A stretch of DNA of 64,000 bases from Epithemia pelagica (GCA_946965045.2 OX337241.1:1488001-1552000), one strand, 5' to 3'. Numbered from the stretch's first letter, positions 44,768 to 57,000 are shown. A program made the numbers and translations. The notes: generated by a model from the letters alone, not told the origin.

Positions 44768-47700
44768 TTATTTTTGAAACACGGCCATGCGGTCCTGCAG
44801 CCTTCGTTGTGATTCGGTTCGCTTGTTCTTGTCTCGTGCCCGGTTCCGGGAAATGGCACGCTGTTGGGCGTGAAAGTCCAACAGACATCCACGAAAACCA
44901 GTGTCTCCGTATTCTTCATCCGACGAATGACCACCACCACCATTGTTTCGGTCGTCGTATGGGCCATCAGTGGATCCCGTGGAGCCACGACGTCGAGCCT
45001 CTTGTCCCATAAAGGGCTCGTCTTCATCGTCTGAGCTTCTTGCACTGTGACTGGAACGATTTAAATCCAATGTATCGTTCCTGCTTGGTTTATCCTTGAC
45101 TACGTCCGGAGGGATCTCAAATCGTTTCTCGGAAACAAGAGTGGCAGGTGGTGCCGCATTGACTCCTTCCTTTTTCAAAAAGTCAGACTTTCTTGCGCCG
45201 CGTTTCTCCCTCTTGCGTGCAATAGCACGTTGCTGAGCCTCAATATTCATAAAGGTTCCTCGATAGCCACCGCCCGCGTCGTATTCGTCTTCGGTGTCAT
45301 TTCCACATGCCTCTTTCTTGTCGCTACCCGATGCTTCATCTCCTGAAGCAATGGATTCCATGGGGAACCGCTTCTTCTTCTCCAGTGCCTTGGTTACGCC
45401 GAACGGTCTTGACGAAGGCGAAGAAGCTCCCAATGAGCTCTGATCACCGCCTGTCCTTGAATTCGTGGTGGGCACATTACGTGGAGAGCTCGGTGGACCT
45501 TTGGAGAACAAGTCACGCGAACTGTTTGCTTTCTTTTCAAACAGATCACGGGCTGAATTGACCTTGCTGCCGAGCTCACGGGACGATTCTCCGCGCTTTT
45601 TGGCCCGTCTCCGCCCGATGGCTCTTTGTTGCGCTCCGAGATCCATAAAGGTGCCTCGATAGCCACCGCTGGCCTCGTACTCGTCTTCCGTGTCATGTCC
45701 CCCGTTTGCGTCTTCTTCCGAGTCACTATTGTTTGAAGTACGACGGGATCTACGAGAAGTTCTGGGTTCTTCATTGCCATTCGATTCATCTCCAGAAGCA
45801 ATTGCCTCCAAGGGAGCGTGGTTCCGGTTCATTTCTGTGGCACGCGATTTTAGCGCAGATTCATGTACTTCCCTGTCTCCCTCGGTGGATGAGACGCCGT
45901 GCTTTGAATAGTTGAAATCTCTTGATGATGCCGCTTTTCCTTTAGCAAACGCGTCACGTGATGAGTTTGCTCTCTTTTCGAACAGATCTCGGGCAGAATT
46001 AACTTTACTGCCTAATTCTCGTCCTGGTCCTCCATTCTTTTTGGCTCGACGGCGACCATTGGCTCGTTGTTGCGCATCAACGTCCATGAATGTTCCTCGG
46101 TAGCCACCACTGGCCTCATACTCATCTTCGGTATCATGTCCTCCACGACCATAGTCATCGGATGGGTCGTTATCCTCACCACGACGCGACCTTCGCTTCA
46201 ACTTGGTGTCTTGATTTCCATTCGATTCATCTCCGGACACAATAACTTCCATTTGAATAGAGGTGTTCTCGCTTGCCTTGATTCGTGGTGGAATATGATC
46301 GGTAGAAGTCCATGATGAGGACACTGCATCAGACGGTGTATCGGTCTTTGTGGATGTAAGATCTCTTGATGAGGCCGGTTGTTGTTTGGTGAACACGTCA
46401 CGTGATGAGTTTGCTTTCTTTTCAAACAGATCTCGGGCAGAATTCACTTTACTGCCTAATTCTCGTCCTGGTCCTCCATTCTTCTTGGCTCGACGGCGAC
46501 CAATGGCTCGTTGTTGCGCATCAACGTCCATGAATGTTCCTCGGTAGCCACCACTGGCCTCATACTCATCTTCGGTATCATGTCCTCCACGACCATCGTC
46601 ATGGGATGGGTCGTTATCCTCACCACGACGCGACCTTCGCTTCAACTTGGTGTCTGGATTTCCATTCGACTCGTCTCCTGATACAATAACTTCCATTTGA
46701 ATAGAGGTGTTCTCGCTTGCCTTGATTCGTGATGGAATATGATCGGTAGTAGTCGATGATACTGCATCAGACGGCGTACCGGTCTTTGTGGATGTGAGAT
46801 CCCTTGAAGAGGCCGGTTGTTGTTTGGTGAACACGTCACGTGACGAGTTTGCTTTCTTTTCAAACAAATCTCGGGCGGAATTAACTTTACTGCCCAGTTC
46901 TCTTCCTCCATTCTTCTTGGCTCGACGGCGACCAATGGCTCGCTGTTGCGCATCAACGTCCATGAATGTTCCTCGGTAGCCTCCAGTTGTCTCATACTCA
47001 TCTTCGGTATCATGTCCTCCACGTCCGCTGTCATCATCATCTCCATCGCTGTTCTCCTCTCCACGACGAGGTCTTCGGACTAGTTTGGAAGAGCGAGTTT
47101 CGGCAGAAGGTGGTTGCTCGGAAGTTTCTTGCGAACCAGTTTCCAAACTGGGCGATGTGAAGAGAGAGGTATTATTTGTCTTGCTCGAACCTGGACTGTT
47201 TGGAGCCGTGCTGTCAGTACTGTGATAGCTGGGACGGCTCACAATGGATGGCTTGATAGGGCTCTGTGGGGTTCGTACTTGATGGTTTCGCGGTGAAGCG
47301 CAACCGGTTGATCTTGCAGATTTCATTGTAGCGTAGGACTTGATACTCGTGGCCATGGACAATTCATCGTCATTGAAAAATGTGGGACACAGAGAGGTAG
47401 CGTTCGTATGACCAGATCCACCGAGTGCATCTCCTTGATGATAGTAGGATCGGTTTTCGCTCAAATCATCTTCGTCTTCGTTTGCTCGACTCGACACCGG
47501 CTTCCTTTTAGGAGAATCCTCCAATCCAGATTTTGCCATTCGCGATTTGCCATTTGCATTTGTTTTCTTTCTTTCAGCCATGGACGATTCATCGTAGAAT
47601 GTGGGACAAAGAGAAGTCGCATTCGTATGGGCGGATTCCATTCCGGCTTTTGCCATTCGCGATTTCGCTTTCTTCCTTTCGGCCATGGACGACTCATCGT

Positions 47701-48535
47701 AGAAGGTGGGACAGAGGGAAGTCGCATTGGTATGAGCAGATTCTGTGGTAGCCGTTCGAGCTTTGGCGTGGGCCTTTGCTTTCCTCCTGTCAGCGGTTGA
47801 TGACTCATCGTAGAATGTGGGACATAGGGAAGTTGCATTCGTGTGGGCCGATCCTCCCAGGATACTGGGATCTTGATAATAAGAGGGGTACACAGTATGG
47901 TCTTCATCGTCAGCGGACGAATCAAAGTCTTGACGGCGTCCGAGACGATCGTTACGCGAAGACTTTTTCTTCTTTTGAGAAGGAGAGAGGTCACGTCCTT
48001 TGAGCAATTTTGCTTTCACAAGCATTGCACTTCTCCTGGAGCCATCACTTTCACTCGTCACAGATCGTTGATCGCCATCATCCGACTCTCCATGTGATCG
48101 AAGAGATCTACTTTCCTGGCTACTGTTGTCAGGGCGAAGAGATCTTCTCCGAGACTTTCGTGAAAACATCTTGGGAGGAAGGTCGTCATCACTCGAATCC
48201 AGGGAACCAGTCGAATTGGATCGACGAACCGGAGGACGAGTTGAATATTGGGCGGCAACTTGTGCCAAGAACTTTTGCGGGCTAATTGCGCCAGATTTCT
48301 TCTTGCTATTGCCATCACTGCCATCACTGCCCTCTGCACTTTCCCCCTCTGCTTTCGAGATTCCTCCCTCGTGACGAATACTAGAAGTCATGTTTCTCCT
48401 GTCAGATAAGGGGCTTTCGAATGTGGAAGACGAGTTATCTTCTGTCTCTGCAGTAAACGAGTCACCTTTGGCACCGGCGAGTCCTTCAGTCAAGTTGCGG
48501 GTGGAGGAGGATGAGTTCTCGTGCTCAATCCTCAT
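44768..48535 (-). CDS. 1255-aa hydrophilic protein with two internal repeat families
   Basis: HTNATSLCPTF(Y/F) x4. DTEDEYxxxGGYRGTFMxxxAQQRA x5 plus one diverged C-terminal copy. No TM segment or signal peptide. Confidence 0.8.
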   Translation of the reverse strand: MRIEHENSSSSTRNLTEGLAGAKGDSFTAETEDNSSSTFESPLSDRRNMTSSIRHEGGISKAEGESAEGSDGSDGNSKKKSGAISPQKFLAQVAAQYSTRPPVRRSNSTGSLDSSDDDLPPKMFSRKSRRRSLRPDNSSQESRSLRSHGESDDGDQRSVTSESDGSRRSAMLVKAKLLKGRDLSPSQKKKKSSRNDRLGRRQDFDSSADDEDHTVYPSYYQDPSILGGSAHTNATSLCPTFYDESSTADRRKAKAHAKARTATTESAHTNATSLCPTFYDESSMAERKKAKSRMAKAGMESAHTNATSLCPTFYDESSMAERKKTNANGKSRMAKSGLEDSPKRKPVSSRANEDEDDLSENRSYYHQGDALGGSGHTNATSLCPTFFNDDELSMATSIKSYATMKSARSTGCASPRNHQVRTPQSPIKPSIVSRPSYHSTDSTAPNSPGSSKTNNTSLFTSPSLETGSQETSEQPPSAETRSSKLVRRPRRGEENSDGDDDDSGRGGHDTEDEYETTGGYRGTFMDVDAQQRAIGRRRAKKNGGRELGSKVNSARDLFEKKANSSRDVFTKQQPASSRDLTSTKTGTPSDAVSSTTTDHIPSRIKASENTSIQMEVIVSGDESNGNPDTKLKRRSRRGEDNDPSHDDGRGGHDTEDEYEASGGYRGTFMDVDAQQRAIGRRRAKKNGGPGRELGSKVNSARDLFEKKANSSRDVFTKQQPASSRDLTSTKTDTPSDAVSSSWTSTDHIPPRIKASENTSIQMEVIVSGDESNGNQDTKLKRRSRRGEDNDPSDDYGRGGHDTEDEYEASGGYRGTFMDVDAQQRANGRRRAKKNGGPGRELGSKVNSARDLFEKRANSSRDAFAKGKAASSRDFNYSKHGVSSTEGDREVHESALKSRATEMNRNHAPLEAIASGDESNGNEEPRTSRRSRRTSNNSDSEEDANGGHDTEDEYEASGGYRGTFMDLGAQQRAIGRRRAKKRGESSRELGSKVNSARDLFEKKANSSRDLFSKGPPSSPRNVPTTNSRTGGDQSSLGASSPSSRPFGVTKALEKKKRFPMESIASGDEASGSDKKEACGNDTEDEYDAGGGYRGTFMNIEAQQRAIARKREKRGARKSDFLKKEGVNAAPPATLVSEKRFEIPPDVVKDKPSRNDTLDLNRSSHSARSSDDEDEPFMGQEARRRGSTGSTDGPYDDRNNGGGGHSSDEEYGDTGFRGCLLDFHAQQRAISRNRARDKNKRTESQRRLQDRMAVFQK

Positions 48536-49171
48536 GGTCGTTGAGCCAAAAGGATTTTCTCCATTGGGGGCGCCGTCGTACTACACAGTGTTCCCAACAC
48601 AATACAGAAAACCGATGGGCGGGCTCCTTAAGGAATTTGGTGCGTTGAAATTTGAAAATGGATACAGTCCCAGCGCGCGAGATACCTAAAACTCAAGCCC
48701 CCTACCAAGTTCTCATACCGACGCTTGTCATGCCCCTTCCCTTTGAGCCAGCAGCTTTTTTTGCAGAATTGCCCAACCAATCCATCGGGGCATAAATTAA
48801 TAGAGATTTGAGCCTCACATTTCCCCCATGTTGATGACCCTCTGACGAGGTAGCAAGGTTCGCGACTGGAAATTGTGGGTGGACAGTAGCTGGGTCTTGC
48901 CTTGAACATGCTTCCTAATACCTGTCTGTTTGGTTCATGAAATTCTTGCTTCTGAACAGACCAAAGCTTTCTAGTAGAGGAGTTCCCGGGTGTGTAGGAG
49001 TAGGTCGAAGTCCAGTATGTACGGATAACGCGTAACGCGTACGCGTACTCCTACCAAGAATGTGAACCTCCACCATCACATTTTGAACAGTGGAACAGAA
49101 TACAGAATTGCCCCGTAGCAGACACCAAGACCACCCGGAACAGGGACGATTGAAAAGACGATCCCGATCTA

Positions 49172-49776
49172 AGGGCTGGGTAAGCCGATCCATGTTCGGC
49201 TAAGTAGGCTCAGTACATTAACCTACGTAGTACTATTTTCGTCTGTGTAAGAAGTGGGGCGGATGGTCTCAAATTGAAAACTTGCTGCCACGAGAAACAA
49301 TGCAAATTGGAAGCCATCGCTCGACAATGGTGGAAGCCATCACCCCCATGGCCATAACTTCCTCAATAATAGAGCTTGCCTCGACCGCTTTGACAAAAAG
49401 ATTATTTACTACTAGAGTGACTATGCTTTCAATTCGGTCGAGTCAGCATTGAAAAATGAGTGAGTTAGGGCGGTCGTTCGATTTCATCAGTGCAGAAAAA
49501 TGAGCGTACCTTTTCAGCCAACTTGGCAAATCTTCTGTAATTTTACACAACAATTTCAAAGGTAAAGGCAAAGGACTTACGGTGGTTGGATGTTTATGCG
49601 ATGCATGGGTGAATGCATACGGCGTCACCGGATCTCGCCATCATTGTCGAGCGTTTTTGCATTTTTTTGAACTTCCGACCATTTCCGGCGTGACGTGTAC
49701 TATGTGATTTTATGTACTCTGCGTAGGTTTTGTACTGAGCCTACCTAGCCGAACATGGATCGGCTTACCCAGCCCT
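49172..49776. mobile_element. 605-bp MITE, copy 1
   Basis: TIR AGGGCTGGGTAAGCCGATCCATGTTCGGCTAxGTAGGCTCAGTACA at both ends, flanked by TA. Second copy at 62095-62700. Confidence 0.93.
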
Positions 49777-50699
49777 TAGAATCTAGAGATAGGTAGAGAC
49801 AAGCGACAAAAGGGGATAATGCATCCCGGGATTCATCGTACGAGTGCATTGAAACGAGCGACTCTTCATCGCATTGACAAACACAGCCCCAAGAATGCGC
49901 GCGCGTCAAGTTCGACACAACATATCATTCATCTTCATCCCTCTCATAATTCTCGAGAGGGGGTCTTCTTCACAGCCAAAGGTGGCATCCGCTCTGGTGT
50001 CGATCGGAGACGCTCGTGATGTTGCAGTGTCCATCTACTTAAAGGCAGTCATTCCAACTATAGCATGGCCCTTTGAGGGACAGGGGTTGCACGGACACTC
50101 CCAGGCATACCGGGGTTATGTATTACACGTTCGGACAGGATTTCAGTACCATTCTCACCTCATCTCGCAAGTGGTTTTCCCTTTCTCTGGTTCGACTCTT
50201 GTGCAGATTTGTCAAGCAAGATCTCAAGCCACTGTCTACCTACCTAGAGGAGGGAAATCACTTGAGACAAAATCTCAGTTCGGTTCACCAGGAGAACCCC
50301 TCCCAAAGTCGCTCACACACCGACAATTCGTTGAATGCCATCATCACCGGTCGCTTCACAACTACGCCTACCCACGGGATTCTACTTCTAGGGTAGTCCC
50401 AGCACCAACCATCAACGGCATCTATCCAAAACTTTCAGATTCTATGACATTGTGATTCATTCTCGTCCCTGTTGCCACAAAATCGACTGTTGGACTTTCA
50501 TAAGAGTCAAAACAGTCTCCTTCTGCTGAAATCTGAGCTTCGATTTTCGAAAACAGAGGTCGTAAGACGCGGCCTTTTTGACTGTGCGAGAGCCTTGGGA
50601 CGTCACATGAGCTTTTGAACTCGCTTTCCTTTTTGAGCGAACCAGAGGACAGGACATCAGCGGCATAACCCCCTGTGTGGCTCATTTGGTCCGTGCAAT

Positions 50700-52190
50700 C
50701 TATGGAGCAATTCGAGTGTTCCCTCTGTAGACTTCTCTCGTGGCCATAATGAAGGTAAAAACCCGCTCATTGAAGATCTGGCCTTGGTATGCAGGATCAT
50801 GTGGTTCTAGGGGGATGCTTCCTCTTTCTTGATAGTTGAGAATGGCAAAATTGGAGTTTCCAATGTTATAGTACGGGCTACCATCAATTCTCCGGTAGAA
50901 CCTTGAGATGTGTTCATCAAGGTTCTTCCTTTCTGTCGTGTTGCTCCCCGTAGTAAGTACACATTCAACATAAGAATCAACTGTTGAGTTCAGGTAGAGG
51001 TCAGGTTTCCTTGCCGCCGTCCTCGCATTGATCAGCTTTGGATTGAAAAGGCATGTGCCTAGGCGTGAGAAAACTGTAAGTCCAAGCATTAGCTCGAACG
51101 TTAGCGCGTCCTCAATAGGTCCACCGTGTGCGGCGTATTGGTCCCAGTTAAGTCCAGGCAAAGCATGACATAGGAGCTGTCTAAGACCCTCAACTCCAGA
51201 ATTGAGGGTTCCAGTAACTGCATTTGCTGTAGAGCATTCTCCCCTCTGAGCTTGAATGAATGCTTCAAACAGAAACGGAGAAACAATCTTGCCATGCACA
51301 TCACAGAATCCTTTCTTCTGGAGGTCTTTCAATGTCTGGGGATCACGTATCTTATACAAGAGAGGGCGAACATCTGTAACGGTAACATCAGGCAAGATAC
51401 GGAGTGTCAAATCGGAGAACTGCTGCTGCAGTCGGAATTCGACAGACTCAAAATGACCAATCGTCTGGTCCACGGAAGCCCCATTGTCACGGATAAGCGG
51501 AATAAGTTGTTCTGCAAGCGACATAAGAGGGCAAATGTGACCACCAACATGTGTACGGAGAAACTTGAGAAGCTTCGCTATCTCATCACGTTTTGGATTC
51601 GACATTGGAAACGGGGAAGCAAAGTAGTCAATAATCCCTTCCGTTGATAGCATGGCTTCTGTGACAAAAAGACGATCATTTGTGATTCTGTGCTTGAAAC
51701 TTCCGCTTACGGTGGGAAACTCAGGCACTCCTGCTCCGATTGTTGTTATTTTGTGGCGCATGTTGTTCTTCAGAAGCAGGGTAAACAGTCCTGCGTTCGG
51801 ATTACTCTGCGTTTCGTCGACCAGCAGATAGACTTCTTTTTTTGACCGCGCCATTTCCTTTACCCATTCAATCACTTTTTCTCGACTAAATTCACTGGCA
51901 GATTCAAAGAAATACAGCGTGTCACCTCGTTCAGCGAGAACCTTGCCGACCTGGTGGAGCAGTGTGGTTTTCCCAGCGGCCTTGCACCCACTGATATGTA
52001 CCGATCGATGCGGGCCAGCATTTTGGACAATCTCGTCGACAAGTTGCTGCCTCTGCACAACGAATGGCCCAAATCCAACGCTTTCTTCGTTGAATGTTGC
52101 AAAGGTTTCTTGCAACCGGAAGGAGAACTCATTGCTTGACATGGCGGATGCATGTACCTTATATTCAGATTTTGAAGAAAGTGGTCCCAT
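50700..52190 (-). CDS. P-loop NTPase + C-terminal PD-(D/E)xK-like nuclease (CR-type NTPase-REase architecture), 496 aa, intronless
   Basis: Walker A ISGCKAAGKT, Walker B YLLVDETQ, C-terminal RKPDLYLN...YVEC. Confidence 0.7.
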   Translation of the reverse strand: MGPLSSKSEYKVHASAMSSNEFSFRLQETFATFNEESVGFGPFVVQRQQLVDEIVQNAGPHRSVHISGCKAAGKTTLLHQVGKVLAERGDTLYFFESASEFSREKVIEWVKEMARSKKEVYLLVDETQSNPNAGLFTLLLKNNMRHKITTIGAGVPEFPTVSGSFKHRITNDRLFVTEAMLSTEGIIDYFASPFPMSNPKRDEIAKLLKFLRTHVGGHICPLMSLAEQLIPLIRDNGASVDQTIGHFESVEFRLQQQFSDLTLRILPDVTVTDVRPLLYKIRDPQTLKDLQKKGFCDVHGKIVSPFLFEAFIQAQRGECSTANAVTGTLNSGVEGLRQLLCHALPGLNWDQYAAHGGPIEDALTFELMLGLTVFSRLGTCLFNPKLINARTAARKPDLYLNSTVDSYVECVLTTGSNTTERKNLDEHISRFYRRIDGSPYYNIGNSNFAILNYQERGSIPLEPHDPAYQGQIFNERVFTFIMATREVYRGNTRIAP

Positions 52191-52534
52191 TGCAAAGTAA
52201 GAGGCGTTAGGTGGTGCAGTTGTAGTCGCTAGGTGGTTTGAGCTCCTGCGCGCGGGCGTTTGAGCTCCTACGTGCGTTTGGTCGGGTTTTACCCCAATCC
52301 TTTCCTCGACGGTCGCTGAAAGGCCCGTCCATCACCCGCTCAGAACAACCAGATGGACGGGCGACAGCGACACGGACATCAGCCCATCTCTGTTCTCTGT
52401 GGGAGCATTCTGTTTTTGGATCCTTTTGGCAATGGCGGTCGCCATCGTTGGGACTTGGTTTAGCGTCGTATTAGCTGTGTCATTCCGCAAATAAAACTGT
52501 GACTCTAATTGTCACGCAGGAACAACAAATTAGT

Positions 52535-53797
52535 ATGCTTCGACTTGCTAGTTGCAACTCGACGAGAAGGATTGGGTTGGTGCGGTTGTCGCCGTTTGCT
52601 GGTACGGAGGTTTCCATGCCCCAGCAGCAACCGCACGTGTGTTTCTCCAGTAATCATAACAATCGTGGTCCTCCGTTTCGACGCGGTGGTGGAGGTCCTA
52701 GCGCTTCTTCCTCCTCCTCCAAACCTTCCAGCGGTGGACGCTCATCGTTCCAACCTCGCCGTCGTCCCCCCAAGGAGTATCGTCCCTTTGTCTCGAAACG
52801 GGTAAAGACCAAGAAAGAAACAGAGGGTGGACACCCGTTCTTTCGATTTTCCACAGACGATAATCCAGCAGTGACAGATGATTTGGAAAGACAGTTTGGA
52901 CCCCACATGGCTGAAGTGATCAAGAAAATGCGTCGTGAAAAGGCCATTTATGAAAGTGATACCATGGGGTTGCACGATAAGGTCGAGGAAGACTTGAGAG
53001 CCCTGGATTTTTTTGGAGCCGAAGCGGGTACAACCGAGGAACAAATTTTTATGAGGCGAGCGATGGAGCACCGCTCTGAGGAGGAGCAGAAAAAGTTTCA
53101 TAGGGATCTTCGTGAGTGGGAAGTGTTTGGGGAGCAGAATTGGCTGAACTTTGAAGATCACACAGATTATCGAAGGATGAAGCCACCTCGTCCGAAAAAG
53201 AATGAAGAATTCCAGCACCTCATGTCGTCCCATGAAGAAAATATTTTGTTCTCCCGACAGGACGACGACCCTGACAATCGTTTTGATCCATACGCCAAGG
53301 CTCATGGAGTGTGGAGTGAATATCTGGTTAGTGTCGATCGGGGAAATCACAATTGGCGCGGTGGAAGATTGATAAGTTTCCGGGCCATGGTCGTTGGTGG
53401 TAACGGAAACGGCTGTGCCGGATTTGGTGTCGGCAAAGGTAACACGGCCTTAAAGGCCATGATAAACGCGGGACACGAAAGTCGCCGCAACATTTTCTTT
53501 GTGGAACCGTATTTGAACAATCGCTTCACCAGTGATTTGGTGGGCAGGCACAACAGTTGCAAGGTCGTCCTGCGAACAACCCGAAACGGGCTGCGAGGTA
53601 ATGTTTTGTGCAGAGAAATTCTGACCCGTTTTGGAATTGTACACGCCTCTTGCAAGGCCCATGGAAACCGTCATCCGTGGAGTGTCGTCTATGCAACATT
53701 CAAGGCTGTCTTGGGTCATGAATGCCTCGAAGATATGGCAATGAAGACAGGGCGACGACTCACCACACTCGATAAGATGCTTCGTATGAGATTGTAG
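52535..53797 (+). CDS. MRPS5: Mitochondrial ribosomal protein uS5m
   Basis: C-terminal S5 domains (ISFRAMVVGGNGNGCAGFGVGKG...KAHGNRHPWSVVYATFKA). Basic presequence from ATG 52535. Confidence 0.88.
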   Translation: MLRLASCNSTRRIGLVRLSPFAGTEVSMPQQQPHVCFSSNHNNRGPPFRRGGGGPSASSSSSKPSSGGRSSFQPRRRPPKEYRPFVSKRVKTKKETEGGHPFFRFSTDDNPAVTDDLERQFGPHMAEVIKKMRREKAIYESDTMGLHDKVEEDLRALDFFGAEAGTTEEQIFMRRAMEHRSEEEQKKFHRDLREWEVFGEQNWLNFEDHTDYRRMKPPRPKKNEEFQHLMSSHEENILFSRQDDDPDNRFDPYAKAHGVWSEYLVSVDRGNHNWRGGRLISFRAMVVGGNGNGCAGFGVGKGNTALKAMINAGHESRRNIFFVEPYLNNRFTSDLVGRHNSCKVVLRTTRNGLRGNVLCREILTRFGIVHASCKAHGNRHPWSVVYATFKAVLGHECLEDMAMKTGRRLTTLDKMLRMRL

Positions 53798-54017
53798 TCG
53801 AAGTAGCACCGTACGACCAATATAACCCCAAAGCAACCAATATTCTATATACTCGTAAGTAATTGCTATTTTTCAATTGATTTTTCAAAAGGCGAAGATT
53901 CGGTACACAGACAATATTCCAAGTAGTAGGTAGTCAAGCCCCACAGCTATGGAATTCTATAGCCTCACCATATCGACTACTTTCGATCATTCAAATGCAT
54001 CGAGGGCGTTTCAAGCT

Positions 54018-57000
54018 TTACTTCTCATCCTCTTCACTGTCGTAGCGGGAACGACTACGGCTTCGACGACTCCCTCCTCCACCACGATCTTGTCGACTAT
54101 CCTCATCACTCGAGTCGTCTCTGCGTCGTCGTCTGCTTCTCCTTGCATGATTGTCGTCCTCATTTTCGGAATTTGTGTCCGTATGTGTTCGCTTATCTCG
54201 ACGTTTGTCTCGTCGATCGTGGGCAGATTCCTTTAAATTCTCTCGACCACGGTGTTTACGCCTGTCGTCAGTGTCGGGATCGGAATACGAATCGTCTTCT
54301 CGGTTGCGGCTCCTGCGGGGATACCTTTCCTTTTTGTCGCCGTCTTTTACGGGGCCGTCATCATCACTTTCTCGACGTCGGTCATGACTTGATTCCTTCT
54401 CGTCATCATCACGCCGGCTCTCTTTGATGTGTCGTCGTCGTCCAGTCTCTGAGTCAGATTCCTCATCGTAATTATCCTTCCGTCCGCTACGTCTCTCCTT
54501 GATGTCTCGTCGTCGGTCTTTGTCACGTCTTCGTCGATCTTTGCCTGAGACTTCTTCCTCCTCACGGTCGGATGCATACCTACTTCGGTGTCGGGTCTGC
54601 TGGTCTTCTGAGGCGTGGTCCTTACCGACTCGTTCTCGGTCCTTGTCCCGACCATACTTTTCTCGGTTGGAGTTAAACCTGCTTTTGTGTCGATCGTTCT
54701 TGTCTCCTGAGTCGTCGTCCTTAACGCCTCTATCGTTGTCCAAATTATCTCCCTCGTCTCTGTGCCTGTTACGTATTCTTTCATCATGGTTTTCTGAGTC
54801 GCTCTCCCTTCGTTGTCTTCGTCCATACTCGTCATGTCGTCGTCGTGCCGCTTCGTCCGAGCTAGCTTCCCCATCATGGTTAGACTCGTTCTCGCGGGGC
54901 CGTCGGTCCTCTTGTACCTCGTGTTTTTCTTCTGAATGCGTTTCCTTGTCTTCTGCTCGTCGGTCATATCGCCGTTGTGGTCGTCTCTCCTTGTCCGAGC
55001 TGTCGTCCATGTTTCGATTTGATCGATGGCGTCCCCGCTCACTGTCTCTAGACAGGTCGTCCCTGTGGTCTCGTCGTTCGTTCGAATTCCGTGACGAGAC
55101 AGAAGAAGAGCGCCGCGTTCGTTCCTTGCGTCTCCTCGTTTCGTGACTACGTCTTCGTTTCGAAGAGGGACGACGCCCACGACGTCGACGGCGATCCCTG
55201 TCTTCACTCGAAGAGGAGCTGCTGCTGGAGGACAGCGAGGAGGAGGATGACGAACTTCTTGAGCTGCTACCACTGCTACTGTTGCTGGAACTGGACAAGA
55301 CCGACGATGCGTCATCGTCTTCGTCCTGCTTGTCTTGTTCCTCTTGTTGTCGTAATTGTTGTTGTTGAAGCAACGATGGCGCCTGTTTGAGGAAGACTCG
55401 CATCGAATCCGTCAAGGGTCCCAATCCAATGGATGTCAAAAAATTAATGGCATAGCGTGTTTCTCGTAAATTGCCTTGCATCGGGAACAGACCTTGGAAC
55501 CATTGAACGTAGTCTGGTTCTTCCGGTTGGTTGGTCTTGGTATTCGTCGTTCTGTTCTTCTTGCTACCATCCCTCGTTTCGTTGTCCTCGTCCAGATGGA
55601 ATTGCCGTTTGAGTTCAGCCATACCCAATGCTTGAGCCATTTCTTGCAACAAAATTTTACAAAAAATACGACTAGACGAAGTAGTGGCATCTTCCGTCAT
55701 GCGGATGGTTTGTAAGACACTCCAGGGCAAGGAATGGGTGTAGAGCAAATGGGCAAAGAGTTTGGCCACATTGCGCAACTTGTTGGTTTCCAACCGATGA
55801 ATCGTATTGTATTGCTGCGCAAAGGCTTGTTCAAAGGCCGACTTCCATCGATTGTGTAAGAGACAAAAACGAGCTCCAATCATGCCATAATAGCGCAGAA
55901 AGGTGCGTTCTTGGGCACAACATTCCAACAGCATGTTGACCAATTCCTCTTCCCGGCCTTCGGGAATGTCAATCGAGGCCAACTTGTGAGCGCACTCTTC
56001 AAAGGTCGCACTTGACATAATTGTAAGATAAATTGTGCGACGCAAATGAACTAAATCGGCTTCGGTCAAATCTTGGACCTGGACCACGGCATGACCACCA
56101 CTGCCAGGAGGATGTGAGGATTCTCCTGTTCCGGATTCAGGTACCTCCTTTTCATTGTCTGCTTGATTTTCGTCGTCCTCGTCAGCACTATCTTCTTCTT
56201 CTTCGCCATCGTCGTCATCATCATCGTCGTCACTGTCCAAACCAAGCAATTCTCGTTGAATGGCCAACCATTCTCGTTCGTGTTGAACATGGTGGGGATC
56301 GTACTGAAAGTGATCCAATTCGTAACACGTATCCAATTCCGGTTGATCCAAATCCAAGTCGGTGAGAGTAATTTGATCTTCCAATTCCACCAAATCCAAC
56401 CGAGGATCCACAGCAGGACTGTCTGTGTCATGGTTGCGCTGCTGTTGTTGTGACGCCAGCAAGTCTTGAAGGGCTTGTTGGACTTGTGGATGCAACTCTC
56501 GTTGCGACGCCAAGAGAGCCCGCAATTGATCCAAAATGGCTCGATGACCAGCTGGACTCACTTGTCGCAGTGTACCACCCACAATTTCCAAAATAGTAAT
56601 GGCCACACTGAGAGAATCATGCGTCGGTCCAGTGTTGGACGATGACGACGACGGACCCGTCAAGAGCAAGGTCAAGAGTTGCAAAACGAGCAATTCATGC
56701 AAGACGGCTTGAACGAATAAATGCGACAAGGCCATGGCCAAGGCCGTCACACGCGCCTTATCCTTGTGAGCATAGGCTTTCCGAAATTGATCCACCAACC
56801 GATGGACCGTGACTTGTCCTACCGTGGGCAATTTGCTGTGCAATACCGCCAAAAAACTGGCATAGACGGCATGATAGCTGGCCGACGTTGTGGATGTCAT
56901 GGCTTGGACCAAGGAATGAGCCATACAGCCCCGCATTCGTACCACATTAACATGTTGCAACAAGTGGACAATTCGATCCTTTAGATTGGTGACCGACAAA

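Noticed and set aside
49170-49778. Reading the 605-bp MITE as having a 3-bp TAA/TTA Harbinger TSD
   Set aside because: Both copies show TAA left and TTA right, which is not a direct repeat; the consistent reading is a TA duplication with TIRs starting AGGGC. The TIRs also do not match the Harbinger at 25336-28477.
49874-50685. ORFs 49874..50455 (+) and 50422..50685 (-)
   Set aside because: No recognisable motif. Could be a decayed gene downstream of the NTPase-REase ORF, but unsupported.
54347-55315. 322-aa alternative-frame ORF and antisense ORFs in the CWC22 tail
   Set aside because: By-products of the repetitive RS/RD-rich coding sequence.
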